A stretch of DNA of 64,000 nucleotides from Octopus vulgaris (GCA_951406725.2 OX597826.1:13020001-13084000), one strand, 5' to 3'. Positions 25,001 to 35,341 are shown, counted from the stretch's first letter. Notes: generated by a model from the letters alone, not told the origin. A program made the numbers and translations.

Positions 25001-28000
25001 TCCGAGCAGATGAAGAGCTGGAAAAACAGTTGCAACAGATCTATACCGGATATCAAACTTTTATTCCTTAAAAGAATTAGAGCACGGCAAAGGGACTGTG
25101 GAAAAAGAAAACAGACATTTCATTTAGTCGTGCATGCGCATAAAGAACATGAAATGGGAGATTCTTGGTAACTTGAATGTTAAATTTATGACCATCATTA
25201 CCATCATCATCATTTAACGTCCGTTTTCTGTGCTAGCATGGGTTGGACGGTTCGACCGGGGTCTGGAAAGTCAGAGGGCTGCACCAGGCTCCAGTCTGAT
25301 CTGGCAGTGTTTCTACAGCCGGATGCCCTTCCTAATGCCAACCACTCCATGAGTGTAGTGGGTGCTTTTAACGTGCTACCGGCATAGATTCCAGGGGAGG
25401 CTGGCAGCGGCCACAATCAGTTGGTGCTTTTTTTACATGCCACCGGCACAGAAGCCAGTCAAGGCGGCACTGGCATCAGCCACGTTTGAATGGTGCTTTT
25501 TACATGCCACCAGCACAGGTATCACAACTACAATTTCCATTTAATATTTATTTTGATGTTAATGTACTTGCCTCAGTAGGTCTCCTCAAGCACAGCAGGT
25601 CATATATATATTTGAAGCGAACACACAGTTACTGACTTTGCAACAAGCAAAAATATTAGTTCTAAAATCTCTCTCAGAGATCAATGCAGTAGATGGACTG
25701 ACAAGTAAAATTTGTAGCCACTTTAACATGGCTGTACAATCAAATGGACTTGACTGAGATTTTTTAACCCCAAGAAGACATCTCCTTTAGCTGATTAATG
25801 ATGCACAACCTAATCTGATAAAATTGCAAGCCGAGGAGCATACCCCTATCATCACCTAGTGACAGGACCATATAAAATAAATACAGACTTACCATTCTTA
25901 TAGTAGGGTCCAATACCGTAGAATGTCTCAAAAGCAATTCTTTAAGTTGCTGGGGGAAATCAGTCAGATGCTCTGCATAACAATGTGCTACCTGTAACAA
26001 ACCAGAAACAAAAACATACCAAGGATGTTAAAATTTATCATCAGCAGCATCATTTTAACATTCACTAGCACTATGACCCAGCGTTGCTGAGTCATAGTGC
26101 TAGTGCATGCATATACAGCTGCATGCATATACAGCTGCATGCATGTGCACATACACGGTAGTACTGTCCAAATCTCCAACCAATCACATACAGCCTGCTG
26201 GCATTCAATTGGCGTATCAAGTTTCGGGCATTTTGATTGGGTTTTGGATAGAAAATTCACAAAAAAGTCACTTCTATTGATTTTTTAATGGCTTTGCGGG
26301 GTGACTGGGGAAATGTAAAGATGAATGACCATAGAAAGTGCGAGCCCTCTAACTGAAAAATTGTGGATTTGTATAAAGGATACACACACACACACAGACA
26401 GACATTTTGCCGTTATATATATATAGAGAGAGATGTTTCATACTGAGTAACTATGGAAAGTCTTCTCTCATTGATTCGTATACAAAACCTTTTGTGTACC
26501 CTTTCAATTAAATGTTCACACGTCTGCCTTATCTACCAACCACTGGTTCATATTTAAAGCCCAGTTGCTTCATTTTGCAAGTACATGGTTTGGGGTTGAG
26601 TCTCATTGCATGGCACTTTGGGCAAGGGTTTCCTACTTTAGCTCTAGGCTGACCAATGCCTTGTGAGTGAATTTGTTAGACAGCGAATGTTTGAAAGCCT
26701 GTCATTTTTTGGGGTGTGCCCACCTTGGCATCCAATGATGGCTTGTTTATATCCCCACAAATAAGCAGTCTGACAGAATAAATATCATCATCATCATCGC
26801 TTAACATCTGCTTTCCATGCTAGCATAGGTTGGACGATTTGATTGAGGACTGGCGAACCAGATTGCTGCACCAGGCTCCAACCTTGATCTGGCAGTTTCT
26901 ACAGCTGGATGCCCTTTCTAATGCCAACCACTCTGAGAGTGTAGTGGGTGCTTTTACGTGCCACCAGCACGAGGGCCAGACTTTATAAAATAAATAGAGA
27001 GGCCAGTCTGTTTGACTAAACCCTTCAATGTGGTGCTACCACATGGCTGCAGTCCAATGACTGAAACAAGTAAAAGAAACAACTACTTACATCCAGAAAA
27101 CCTCAAATGCGCAAAAAAAAATTAAAATAGCTTCCCGTGTAAGTTCGCAAGTCACTCAGCAACCCACTCCAACCCATGGCTCATGGAGTGTTGTCTTCTC
27201 TCCCAGCTTTTTGTACCATTATTACATGGTCTCTACACATAAAGTCCTTTCCATCACTTCTCTCCCTCTTTTTCCCATTACCCTGAAGCATGCCCAACCA
27301 CCCCTAACCCTAACTCTGCACTAACCACTACACCAAATCCTTTCTTCCCAGAGCATCCTCTCAAATTCCTTTTTTGTCCGTCTCTTCTCTGCAGTCATTG
27401 ATTTGTAACATAACCTGCATTGATCTCACTAGTCTCAGAGTACTTGTAAAAGCTTATAACCCTTTTCCTCTAGAGCAGTGGTTCTCAATCAGGGTCCGTA
27501 TATGATTTTTCAGGACCAACACAAGCAAAATAATAATTTGGAGTTCCCCAGTAGTATTTTAGGAGTCCCAGAAAAATTTTTGCTTCAGATGTATTTATTG
27601 CAAGAAACTGCTAGGTTTCTTTCTCTAACATTTTACAGAGTTCAACCCACACCAGTTAATGTGTGAATAACAAAATAGGAATTTGGAAAGAGTTTTTATA
27701 AAACTAGTTTTTAAACAGTGAATGGCTAATGAGGGTCCATCATCATCATCATCATCGTTTAACGTCGCTTTCCATGCTAGCATGGGTTGGACGGTTCGAC
27801 CTGGGTCTAGGAAGCCAGGAGGCTGCAGTCTGATCTGGCAGTGTTTCTACAGCTGGATGCCCTTCCTAATGCCAACCACTCTGTGAGTGTAGTGGGTGCT
27901 TTTTACGTGCCACAGGCGAGGCTGGCAACGGCCATGATCGGTTGGTGCTTTTTACGTGCCACCGGCACAGGTGCAAGGGGAGGCTGGCAACGGCCATGAT

Positions 28001-31000
28001 CGGTTGGTGCTTTTTATGTGCCACCAGCACGGGAGCCAGTCAAGGTGGCACAGGCATCGACCATGTACGGATGATGCTATTTGCGTGCCACTGGCACAGG
28101 TGCCAGGGGAGGCTGGTAACAGCTACGATCGGTTGGTGGTTTTTGACAGGCGCTGGCCAGGTTCCATGCTTGTTTTGGCATCGTTTCTATGGCTGGATGC
28201 CCTTCCTAATTGCCAACCACTTTACTGAATGTACTGAGTGCTCTTACACAGCACCAGCACAGGTGCTTTTCCATGGCACTGGTACAGGTGTTTTTTTACA
28301 TGCCACCAGCACCCATGAGCCCATAAGATTAGGAATGCTCAGCTGGAGAGAGATGCAGGAGTCAAGCCTGTATGCAGAGACAACCATGCTTTTAGCTTGG
28401 CGTATTTGAAATATCTTTTCAAGCACAACAAACTGTCAGGAGTTTCGGCCCCTCTCATCCTCTCCATGAGTTCCAATGTCTGTTGATCCTTTCTCAGCAC
28501 TTCGTCCCATATCTTCCTGAGTCTACTTTTTCTACATGTTCCCTCTATGATTAGAGATCAGCACCGCTTAACCCTTTCGTTACTGTATTTATTTTCAGAT
28601 GCTCTCTGTTTCTTTCAATTACTTTAAATATAACAAAGAATTTAGTAAAATAACCCCTTCGTTACCAACCCGGCTGAAACCGGCTCTGGCTCTTTAGTAT
28701 AAATGTCTTGTTTTCGTAAGTTTTGAATTAAAATCTCCCACCAAACCTTAGTCACAATTTATGTTCCTAACACTAGCTTAATGATAACTAAGTTATTTTA
28801 CTAAATTCTTTGTTATATTTAAAATAATTGAAAGCAACACAGAGCATTTCAAAATATATACGGTAACGAGAGGGTTAAGCTAGTGTTAAGCACATAAATT
28901 GTGACTAAGGTTTGGTGGAAGATTTAGATTCAAAACTTATGAAAACAAGACATTTGTACTCAGTGCCAGAAGCGGCTTCAGCCGGGTTGGTAACAAAAGG
29001 GTAGCAACTATAAAAAAAAAAAAAAAAAAAAAAAATTTGAAACCCACCCAATTTACTAATTTGTAGGATGATAATTATAAGCAAATAGCTTATATGCATA
29101 ACTTTAAAAAGACGCCATATTGCAACAGAAAGTACCTGAAACAATTAGTTTTTTAGCATACTGCATTCACACATAAGAAAACAGAAATACCTGTGCTAGG
29201 AACATGATCATTTCATCCAAACTCTTGGAGTACTGACTGGGTTTAAGTTGAAAAATTTCCAAAGTTGAAATAAAGTGCTGGTGTTGTTGCAAAAACTGAA
29301 AGAAACAAATTAATATTCTTTATCAATCACTGATGTCAGAAACACAAAAACTGCATCAACTCCATCAGCCAAACTGGTGAGACTGATGTAATGGAATAAA
29401 GTTTGGATGTTCAATCTTACGTTTGAACAAGCATTTGTGTATATGGCATCCGACGAATTTGATGACAGAGATTTAGCTGTTTGACCCTTTTAACATTTTA
29501 AACCAGCCATATCTGGCCAAAGCATCCTGCCTCTTTTATGCTCAAACTGGTCAGATCTGGCCTCTCACACTAACCCTACAATATCACTCCAAAAATTAAC
29601 AGTTACCTCATCAAAATCTCACAGCTACAAAATGATGCATGATTAATTTAAAACAATGTGAGCGAAAAGCTGAATAAAATGGGAAGCCAGGAGGCTGCAC
29701 CAGGCTCCAGTCTGATCTGGCAGAGTTTCTACAGCTGGATGCCCTTCCTAACGCCAACCACTCCGTGAGTGTAGTGGGTGCTTTTTACGTGTCACCAGCA
29801 CAGGTGCCAGAGGAGGCTGGCAACAGCCACGATCAGTTCATCATCATCTGTTGAAATGAAATTAAAAAGTTGTGTGAGCAGGAGTGCATAACACAGAGGG
29901 AACACTCTGTATGTATATAAAGTCCTATAAAGTATATATGGTAGATATATAGTCCTATAAGGTTCTTACCAGAGAGTGGATGTTTCACATCAGAGTACTC
30001 TTCTGTGAGACAGAGGTTGACAAGAACTTTGATTCAACGTCCCAATGTGGTCTTACGTTCTTGGTCACCACCTCATGTATGTCTATGTCAACAAGCATCA
30101 CGAATAGATGGTCGTCGACACTATGATGGCTTCATCTGTGCTTTATGAAGGCCTAGCTTTTGTCTTGCTGAGCGTCTAGCAAGCTTCCTTGCAAAGCAAA
30201 CAAGCCAGTTTAGTTACCAACAAATTAACTATGTGACATATTGTCCCCTATTACATGTTCACTGTAGTACTATGTACGTGAGTGGTGTACATATATTCAC
30301 AATAAAAAAAAAACGTTATAATTAAAAAAGCAATTTATGTACTAACTTTTAAAAGTCATAATTAATTTGGTTTAATTAATAAAATTGAAGTGCATCACTG
30401 GTAAATATCTGCTAAATAATCCAACAACAATAATTAAAAACAAAATCGATAAGCAATATAATTATGATTAAAACCATTTGATTAAATTAAATTCAGTATT
30501 TGACTAGTACTCACTGATTCCAGCAGGATTTGGGCTCGTAATTTAAGGGAGAGTTAACTAAATATAATATGGGGATGGCGGTACCTGATATGTTCTAGAA
30601 TAGTCACTATTAGACAATTGTCACACATTCGAAACCCACCCCATTTCATTCTCGCATGCAAATCAGTTTGGATTTTGGAGTTATCTCCCTTCACTTTCTT
30701 GACACCTTCTTCACCAATGATTGAGGTTCTATAACTTGTTTAAGCCTAGCCTTCCAATTGCTAATTCATGATATTAGGAGAACCCCATCAACATTAAAAT
30801 GATTATTTGATTATTATTATTAGCATTTTAATTTTATCTTTGACTGAATTTTTTTGTCATATAGTGTTTTAACTTTCTTGGAAGAAAAAAACAAACTGTT
30901 TTTGTAGCCCAGTAATCTTAACCAACAGCGACCTGTCTCCAAGCAAAACAAAATTTTGACACTGATGTCCCCCAGGTTAAATTCTTCCAGACACTCCAAT

Positions 31001-34000
31001 AGATATTTCCAAAATGGTGTAGTGCATTTCTCTAAAATATAAATATATATGACAACAATTGCAGCGTGGAAGGTGTTTATAAGCCATTTAAGAAACACAC
31101 AAAAACCGTTAGATTCACTTCAACATTTAAATTTAATTTGCCAAAATATTTTCGTCACTTTGAGACTGCGACCTGTTCACTGACAAAACTCCGTGTGTTT
31201 CTTAAATGGCTTATAAACACCTTCCACGCTGTAATTGTTTTCATTCCAGCACACGATCTCAGATCAAGTCACTCACTATGCAAGTACATCTCCGTAAATA
31301 TATATGATTGTGACAGTGAGAAGGTTGCTCCAGAACCATGTGGTTTAGAGTATGCTCCCACTGATATGGATACTGCCAGCTAGCTGAAGGTGGACTCAAT
31401 GCCTTGTGAGTGATGTTCATTAGATGGAAACCAGAAGAAACCCATTGTGTGTGTGAGCGTGCACATGACAGAGTGCATAATTCCTCTAGTCTTGACATAT
31501 GTGCTGTTAGTAATTTGTTAGGTAACAGTTAAAGGTTGGTGTCAAGAAAAGCATCTGGCAGTACAAAACTCTGCCCACTAGCGTAGCTTTATGGGGTGGG
31601 CGGTAGCGTGACACTTTTAATGGAGCAGTACTTTGGGGTCTGCTGTAGGCAATATTTGGTTTTTTGTGGGGTCCAGGGGTGGCAAAAGGAAACGCTGCCC
31701 CAGGCAGCACACACTCTAGCTATGCCAGTGATGGCCTCAATGAAATCTCATCTGACTCATGTATGGAAAAGTAGTGTGGTTGAGCGTGCATTCCTTCTGT
31801 CTTGTCATGTGCATGCTGATTGTAAACAAAGAGAAGGTGAAATGTTCAGTTTTGTATCCCACACTTCTTCCAAATACATCCATAACCTACTTGCACTCAC
31901 CTAAAATTATGGTATGACCCTTTCTTTCTCTTCAACTTTCTACATCCAAGCATCATCACATAATCTCGACAGCCATACTAAAACTGCAGTGACTTTATAA
32001 ACAGAGGCCTCAGAAACAACCCCAACCAAACTGGGTCATGCCAAATCTGTCTTCAACATGAATACAAAACCACTGCATGTACCAACAAAACATTATTCCA
32101 CTCCCTGACTACAAAAGAGCAGTATTCAGTCAGAACCACCATGGTTTCTTCAAACACTATGCATCCCCATCACTGAAGAACTCTCCTGGAGACTTCCGGA
32201 GCTATCCACAGCCTTAGTCAAACCTCACAATTTGGATTTGTCCCTAACTCCAGCTGCTGCTGTTGTTGTTCACCTCAAGTGTCTGAGGATAACTCTCAGA
32301 AGTCCTAGAGCCGCAGAAGGGAAACGAATCATCTCATCCATTGTGGCCCCTAGTTGGCGGATATAGTGTTCAACCATCAGGGCTGGACATCTCAACAAGA
32401 GATGTTCTGCAGATTCCACCTCCTCGTTACAGTCTGCAATGATCTGTGTCGCTGCGTCCTGCCATCTTTTGCCACTACCTGAGTGCCGGATGATGACCAC
32501 TACGGAAGCGTATCATGTCTGTGAAGTCTACCTTCGAGAGCTATAGTCTGCGATTGCAAATCATTGGTTGAAGCGATAGACAACCCGTTCCCCCCAGACC
32601 CGACAGTTAGAGAATTTCAACAAACAGCAGCCCTAGTAGCAGCTGGCAAGATTTTGACAGTGATCTGGGTGCTGGGCCATTGCAACCCCCACGGCAACGA
32701 ACTCGCAGATATGCAGGCAAAACGTGGCTCAGCGCTGCCACAACCGGATGCTGCCATCGATACAGCCATTCGTCAGGCAGTTATTTGTTGAATATCCCAG
32801 TCAATGCTAATTCAACATCCCCGTCTGAAGGAAGTCTTCATGAAGAAGCCTGATGAAAGAAAATTCAGCTGTTGTAGCCAACTCATCAAGTTTCTTGATG
32901 ACATCACCCAAATCACTGATGGTAGCTCATGGATGTATGTTATCTATCTTGATTCTGCAAAAGCCTTCAATTTTGTGCCACACATATGACTCATGGCAAA
33001 ACTTTCTGCAACAGCTGTGAAAAATGATCTCTACAACTGGTTGATGTCCTTCATTCTCAACCGAAAACAGGTATAGTCATGGTTGTAGGACATCAATCTT
33101 CACCTTATGAGATGACACCTAGTGTACCAGAGTGATCCATTCTTGGATCTCTATTGTTTGTTGCGTACATTAATGACACAGATGTCAACTTGAAGATTGC
33201 TATATAATGTTGAAACACACAGATGACATCAAGTTGTACCTAGAGATAAAAAGAACAGCTCCTATACACTATAAATCTTTCCTGCAATCAGACCTGGACA
33301 CAATGGATAACCAACTGGCAACTCAAGCTGGCTGCAGATAAGTGCACCACCATGCATTTTGGGAGGAAAAACCCTGCTTTTACATTGTCACTCAACGGTA
33401 ACAACTTTAAGAAGCTTATAGGTGAACATGACCTGAGCATCATTACCAAAAGCAATGTGTTGGACAAACCAAATTCCTAAACCTGTCAAGAAGGCTGAGT
33501 GTGTCTTAGCATCATTCAGTAAGACCTTTGTCAGCCAGTCTCCAGCTATTTATCTAAAGTTGTATATGGTACATCCACACAGTTTACATCACCAGTCTGG
33601 AACCCCTCTCTTGCTCGGCATATCAACCTCCTAGAAACTGTTCAGAAACGTGCAACCAGATGAATACCTGTCATCAAGCATCTACTATACTCTGAACGTC
33701 TTGCTTCCCTGGGCATGGACACATCAAAGCTCCAATGTCTAGCAACTGACTCAGTAGACAAAAGATAATCCACCATCTTCCCAACAATAACCTTGGGTAC
33801 CTTTTTGAATTCCATGTCTAACACTTATGGACATGCATATAAAATCAAAAACACAACACAGCACCCATGACTTTCAGAAGCATTTTTTTCACACACACAA
33901 TTGCTGAAGCATGGAATAAACCATGTGCATCAGTTATTAGCTGTCAGTACATTACATCCTTCAAAACTTCCATGTTTCCTGAAATTCACTAACAGTACAC

Positions 34001-35341
34001 TGGATGCCTCCATCCTTCTGGTTTTTTTTTAAACATTTTCAATGAGCTGTAGTGCACTTGAGAGCACTGTATACAATATATACATGTTAGATTTATACTG
34101 AAATGCACTTCCTAAGTAATTTGATTATTCTTATAGTTAGTGGGTGGCGGCACAATGTGTAAGAATTACTGCATTTTTTTACTTGGAGAAAAATATAATT
34201 TTTACAGATGTTCAATCCCTTACAAAAACTATATGATTGAATGAATTGAGCTGGGGCAAAATGAGTAAGGCAAGATACGGTAAATTTGGTACCACTGCCG
34301 TAACTTTGCCTCAGTTCTCCAGATTACATTTGAGAAAAGATTTATACACATAAACATCCATCTTCAGACGTCAAAAAGATCAGAAACGCAACAAAAATTT
34401 TAATAATTAAGTCGAACTGAAAATTGGCACAAATGAAATAAACGAAATTCGACTGAATCTAAAAAGCCAACATATGTTTGTGTGTCTGTGTTTGTCACAC
34501 TCCCCCCACCACCCAAACATCGCTTGACAACCGATGCTGGTGTATTTACGTCCCTGTAACTTAGCGGTTCGGCAATAGTAACCGATAGAATAAGTACTAG
34601 GCTTACAAAGAATAAGTCTTGGAGTCGATTTGCTCGACTAAAGGTGGTGCTCCAGCATGACCGCAGTCAAATGATTGAAACAAGTAAAAGCATAAACTAT
34701 TCTCTATAATTTCTTCATGACATTCTGGAGTGACTCTTTTCCTGATATATTTACGCACCACGCAGTTGTGACATTAGTTGACTATGTTTCACACCCTTTC
34801 AACTTTATCAACTATACTGACCAACTTTTACTCCTAAAGTTGATTCAACAATACAAAATGAGGTACAACTAGCGAACCCAAAAGGATGATGAAAGATTCT
34901 TGTAATGCAATGATTTAAAACAAGTAGAGAAAATAAGCAAAAAAAATAGAAATCAGAAATTACTCATTTTGCCCCACATATTATCTTTCTTATTTTATTT
35001 AAAGTAGGATTACATAAAATTCAAGTATAGAATTTATAGTTTACAAATGACAAAAGAAGGTAACAAAAACAGACGTGACATTCTACATTGGTTTGAATAT
35101 TCCAAGCATTAATCGTCAAGATTTAACGAATAAGTTACATGCCGAGTCTTCTTCGTTGCCAACACGTGTGCAAGAGAGAGAGCTTGGGGAGTTTGAAAGA
35201 AAAGATAATTGGTTAGAAAACAGGAAATGCTTCAAAAGTATTTTCATTTACCTCATCGCAATACGATTGTGGATCTCGTTTAATCAAATTCTGTAATTGT
35301 GGTAAATTATTTGGTAACTGGTTGTGGTGCCGACTCGACAT
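1675..35341 (-). CDS. SDAD1: SDA1 domain-containing protein 1 (pre-60S maturation/export factor); 13 coding exons in window, 3' part runs off the left edge
   Basis: Spliced translation [38 protein letters not shown]...[35 protein letters not shown]...[28 protein letters not shown] matches the recalled SDA1 family sequence throughout. Exons: 35341-35252, 29295-29191, 25991-25893, 25095-24913, 23325-23260, 22223-22131, 16448-16374, 9722-9615, 7670-7601, 6762-6601, 5005-4947, 3879-3803, 1772-1675. All are GT-AG and phases are consistent (1285 nt). Confidence 0.96.
3048..3289. repeat. Long near-perfect inverted repeat (106-bp arms, 30-nt loop)
   Basis: Arms 3048-3153 and 3184-3289, 5 mismatches counted by eye. 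Confidence 0.93.
3803..3879 (-). CDS. SDAD1: SDAD1 coding exon 12
   Basis: [25 protein letters not shown](G), AAG acceptor, donor GTAAGT, ends phase 2. Confidence 0.9.
4947..5005 (-). CDS. SDAD1: SDAD1 coding exon 11
   Basis: (D)[19 protein letters not shown], atag/GTAAGT. Confidence 0.94.
6601..6762 (-). CDS. SDAD1: SDAD1 coding exon 10
   Basis: (E)[53 protein letters not shown], phase 1-1, donor GTAAGT. Confidence 0.95.
6915..7292. mobile_element. Inverted pair of RTE-tailed SINE family C copies. Family also at ~2565-2880, 4540-4752, 5482-5800, 19570-20053, 21310-21548, 22730-22980, 25200-25520, 27740-28140, 42040-42350, 50250-51207, 53810-54035, 54205-54478, 56380-56802, 58228-58475, 60210-60440
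   Basis: Shared GGTTGGCGTTAGGAAGGGCATCCAGCTGTAGAAAC...GGACGTTAAACGATGATGAT body with (GAT)n tail and internal ~60-bp subrepeats. Confidence 0.85.
7601..7670 (-). CDS. SDAD1: SDAD1 coding exon 9
   Basis: [23 protein letters not shown]+G, tcag/GTAAGC, ends phase 1. Confidence 0.93.
8190..8476 (-). mobile_element. tRNA-derived SINE family E (related copies ~13670-13920, 17205-17542, 46300-46612, 49880-50190)
   Basis: TGGCTCAGTGGTTAGAG A box, TCGAATCCC B box, TTGAGCAAGACACTTTATTTCAC domain. Confidence 0.75.
9070..9321 (-). mobile_element. Non-autonomous fold-back Penelope-type element (second copy 51975-52165)
   Basis: 54-bp inverted arms 9133-9186/9268-9321; direct repeat ACAACGGCAGTAAT at 9056-9069 and 9317-9330; hammerhead motif in loop. 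Confidence 0.65.
9218..9264 (-). ncRNA. Minimal type-I hammerhead ribozyme motif, U3-A8 core variant (Penelope-type)
   Basis: Minus strand: ATAGTTA TTGAAAA G GTTGC aagac GCAAC GAAAATTTTA TGACAAT = stem I / core / stem II / GAAA-stem III-UUA / stem I'. Confidence 0.6.
9615..9722 (-). CDS. SDAD1: SDAD1 coding exon 8
   Basis: [36 protein letters not shown] (basic, NLS-like), ctag/GTAAAA. Confidence 0.9.
9855..10405 (-). mobile_element. L1/Tx1-like LINE 3' fragment
   Basis: ORF2-like C-terminus (KEVVWWT...[15 protein letters not shown]...F...W) followed by a 3' UTR, AATAAA and (ATT)n tail. Confidence 0.55.
10417..10930 (+). mobile_element. SINE family A with internally triplicated body. Similar multimers or monomers at ~40710-41313, 43390-43610, 44398-44631, 46830-47062, 47750-47965, 48317-48560, 58732-58963, 61525-61756, 62331-62836
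   Basis: Head AAGGCGGTGAGCTGGCAGAA, then repeated B-box/central-domain/tail units. Confidence 0.88.
10960..13200 (+). mobile_element. Decayed Penelope-like retroelement (RT thumb, Asn-rich linker, GIY-YIG endonuclease), interrupted by a SINE at 12154-12589
   Basis: [27 protein letters not shown]..., [11 protein letters not shown]...Y..AL..AGY; then CRDKNTC...IGAT...K.R...H..SF...[13 protein letters not shown]...W.IL...CNLCINEK; frameshifted. Confidence 0.88.
12154..12589 (+). mobile_element. tRNA-derived SINE family B with internal (TA)n(TG)n. Copies also at ~14698-14880, 37935-38303, 41495-41824, 42747-43130, 45770-46225 (+) and 51262-51607, 54818-55155, 59215-59592 (-)
   Basis: GGCGTAGGAGTGGCTG...GGTTCAGTCCCAC head; tail CAGCATGGCCGCAGTCAAATGACTGAAACAAGTAAAAGA. 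Confidence 0.88.
14905..14955 (+). ncRNA. Minimal type-I hammerhead ribozyme motif, G3-C8 core variant
   Basis: TTTGTCA GTGAACA G GTTGC agtctcaaa GTGGC GAA AATATT T TGACAAA: perfect 7-bp stem I, palindromic stem III; stem II weakened by G-U pairs. Confidence 0.55.
15393..16039 (+). mobile_element. Non-autonomous Helitron inserted in (TA)n
   Basis: A|TC 5' end, subterminal hairpin CCCGGGCAACGTCGGG, CTAG|T 3' end, no TSD. Confidence 0.75.
16067..16234. repeat. Fold-back Penelope-type terminus: perfect 41-bp inverted arms with a degenerate hammerhead core in the loop
   Basis: TCAAAATAAGCAACAAGGATATCCAAGGTAGTGTAGTACAA and its reverse complement; minus strand CTGAAGA-TTGCT...AGCAT-GAAACGATTGTA. 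Confidence 0.75.
16374..16448 (-). CDS. SDAD1: SDAD1 coding exon 7
   Basis: [25 protein letters not shown], gcag/GTCAGT. Confidence 0.92.
18487..18889. mobile_element. MITE with GGATCTTTTCGGTTTGAACGGCAG TIRs (second copy 36863-37281)
   Basis: Two near-identical ~400-bp copies, ~28-bp TIRs, internal CCCTAA repeats. Confidence 0.8.
20134..20550 (-). pseudogene. Degenerate piggyBac transposase C-terminal relic
   Basis: Minus-strand fragments [17 protein letters not shown], and C-K[21 protein letters not shown] (cysteine-rich domain CxxCxVxLCxxPCFxxYH, with frameshifts). Confidence 0.6.
21807..21967. repeat. Fold-back Penelope-type terminus, ~70-bp arms, each with a mutated hammerhead motif
   Basis: Arms 21807-21877 and 21897-21967; CTGT CCGCCGA AC..GT GAAACTCCGAGTA ACAG (-) and TTGT CCAACGA AC..GT GAAACTCTGAGTA ACAG (+). 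Confidence 0.75.
22039..22090. repeat. (TA)n microsatellite (others at ~12332-12362, 15355-15392, 55016-55046)
   Basis: Pure TA run. Confidence 0.95.
22131..22223 (-). CDS. SDAD1: SDAD1 coding exon 6
   Basis: [31 protein letters not shown], gcag/GTAACT. Confidence 0.94.
23260..23325 (-). CDS. SDAD1: SDAD1 coding exon 5
   Basis: [22 protein letters not shown], ctcag/GTAGGT. Confidence 0.93.
23407..23626. mobile_element. piggyBac-type MITE with TTAA TSD (related pieces ~8750-8975, 29480-29660, 56150-56310)
   Basis: TTAA|CCCTTTAGTGTT ... AACACTAAAGGG|TTAA. Confidence 0.8.
24313..24871. mobile_element. piggyBac-type MITE with nested Helitron (24362-24703)
   Basis: Ends TTAACTCTTTCGTTAC / GTAATGAAAGGGTTTTA; body matches 28655-28875 once the insert is removed. 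Confidence 0.7.
24913..25095 (-). CDS. SDAD1: SDAD1 coding exon 4
   Basis: [61 protein letters not shown], cacag/GTAAGT. Confidence 0.94.
25893..25991 (-). CDS. SDAD1: SDAD1 coding exon 3
   Basis: [33 protein letters not shown], cag/GTAAGT. Confidence 0.94.
26063..26432 (-). mobile_element. Non-autonomous Helitron-like element (same family as 24362-24703; fragments ~43250-43285, 47675-47745)
   Basis: Minus-strand TC...ATATA(T)AACGGCAAAATGTCTGT start, terminal palindrome ACTAGCACTATGAC...GTCATAGTGCTAGT, CTAG|T end. Confidence 0.7.
28572..29001. mobile_element. piggyBac-type MITE nested in reverse orientation inside a sister copy
   Basis: Inner copy ~28654-28874 ends AGGG|TTAA; outer halves are its reverse complement. 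Confidence 0.75.
29191..29295 (-). CDS. SDAD1: SDAD1 coding exon 2
   Basis: [35 protein letters not shown], ttcag/GTATTT, phase 0-0. Confidence 0.93.
31055..31297 (-). mobile_element. Fold-back Penelope-type element (relative of 14893-15097)
   Basis: About 46-bp inverted arms 31055-31100/31193-31238 enclosing a hammerhead motif; shares CCAGCACACGATCTCAGATCAAGTCACT...TACATCTCCGTAA with the 15045-15097 copy. Confidence 0.7.
31137..31187 (-). ncRNA. Minimal type-I hammerhead ribozyme motif, G3-C8 core variant
   Basis: Minus strand: TTTGTCA GTGAACA G GTCGC agtctcaaa GTGAC GAA AATATT T TGGCAAA. Confidence 0.62.
32200..34080 (+). mobile_element. Decayed CR1-clade LINE (RT and 3' UTR), interrupted at 32260-32860
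   Basis: [10 protein letters not shown] / [49 protein letters not shown]; many stops and frameshifts. Confidence 0.85.
32260..32860. mobile_element. RNase H-bearing LINE (I/Ingi/R1-group-like) fragment with 5' inversion
   Basis: + strand RNase [21 protein letters not shown]; - strand RFRSGHH...[23 protein letters not shown] knuckle and (AAC)n tail. Confidence 0.8.
35252..35341 (-). CDS. SDAD1: SDAD1 coding exon 1
   Basis: [30 protein letters not shown], donor GTAAAT. Confidence 0.95.

Noticed and set aside
30820-31035. Minus-strand [21 protein letters not shown]...
   Set aside because: No recognisable motif, and its start lies in a Penelope-type repeat.
1773-35251. Intronic snoRNAs expected in a ribosome-biogenesis gene
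   Set aside because: TGATGA hits are SINE (GAT)n tails; no convincing C/D or H/ACA pair found by eye. snoscan or Infernal would be needed to exclude them.
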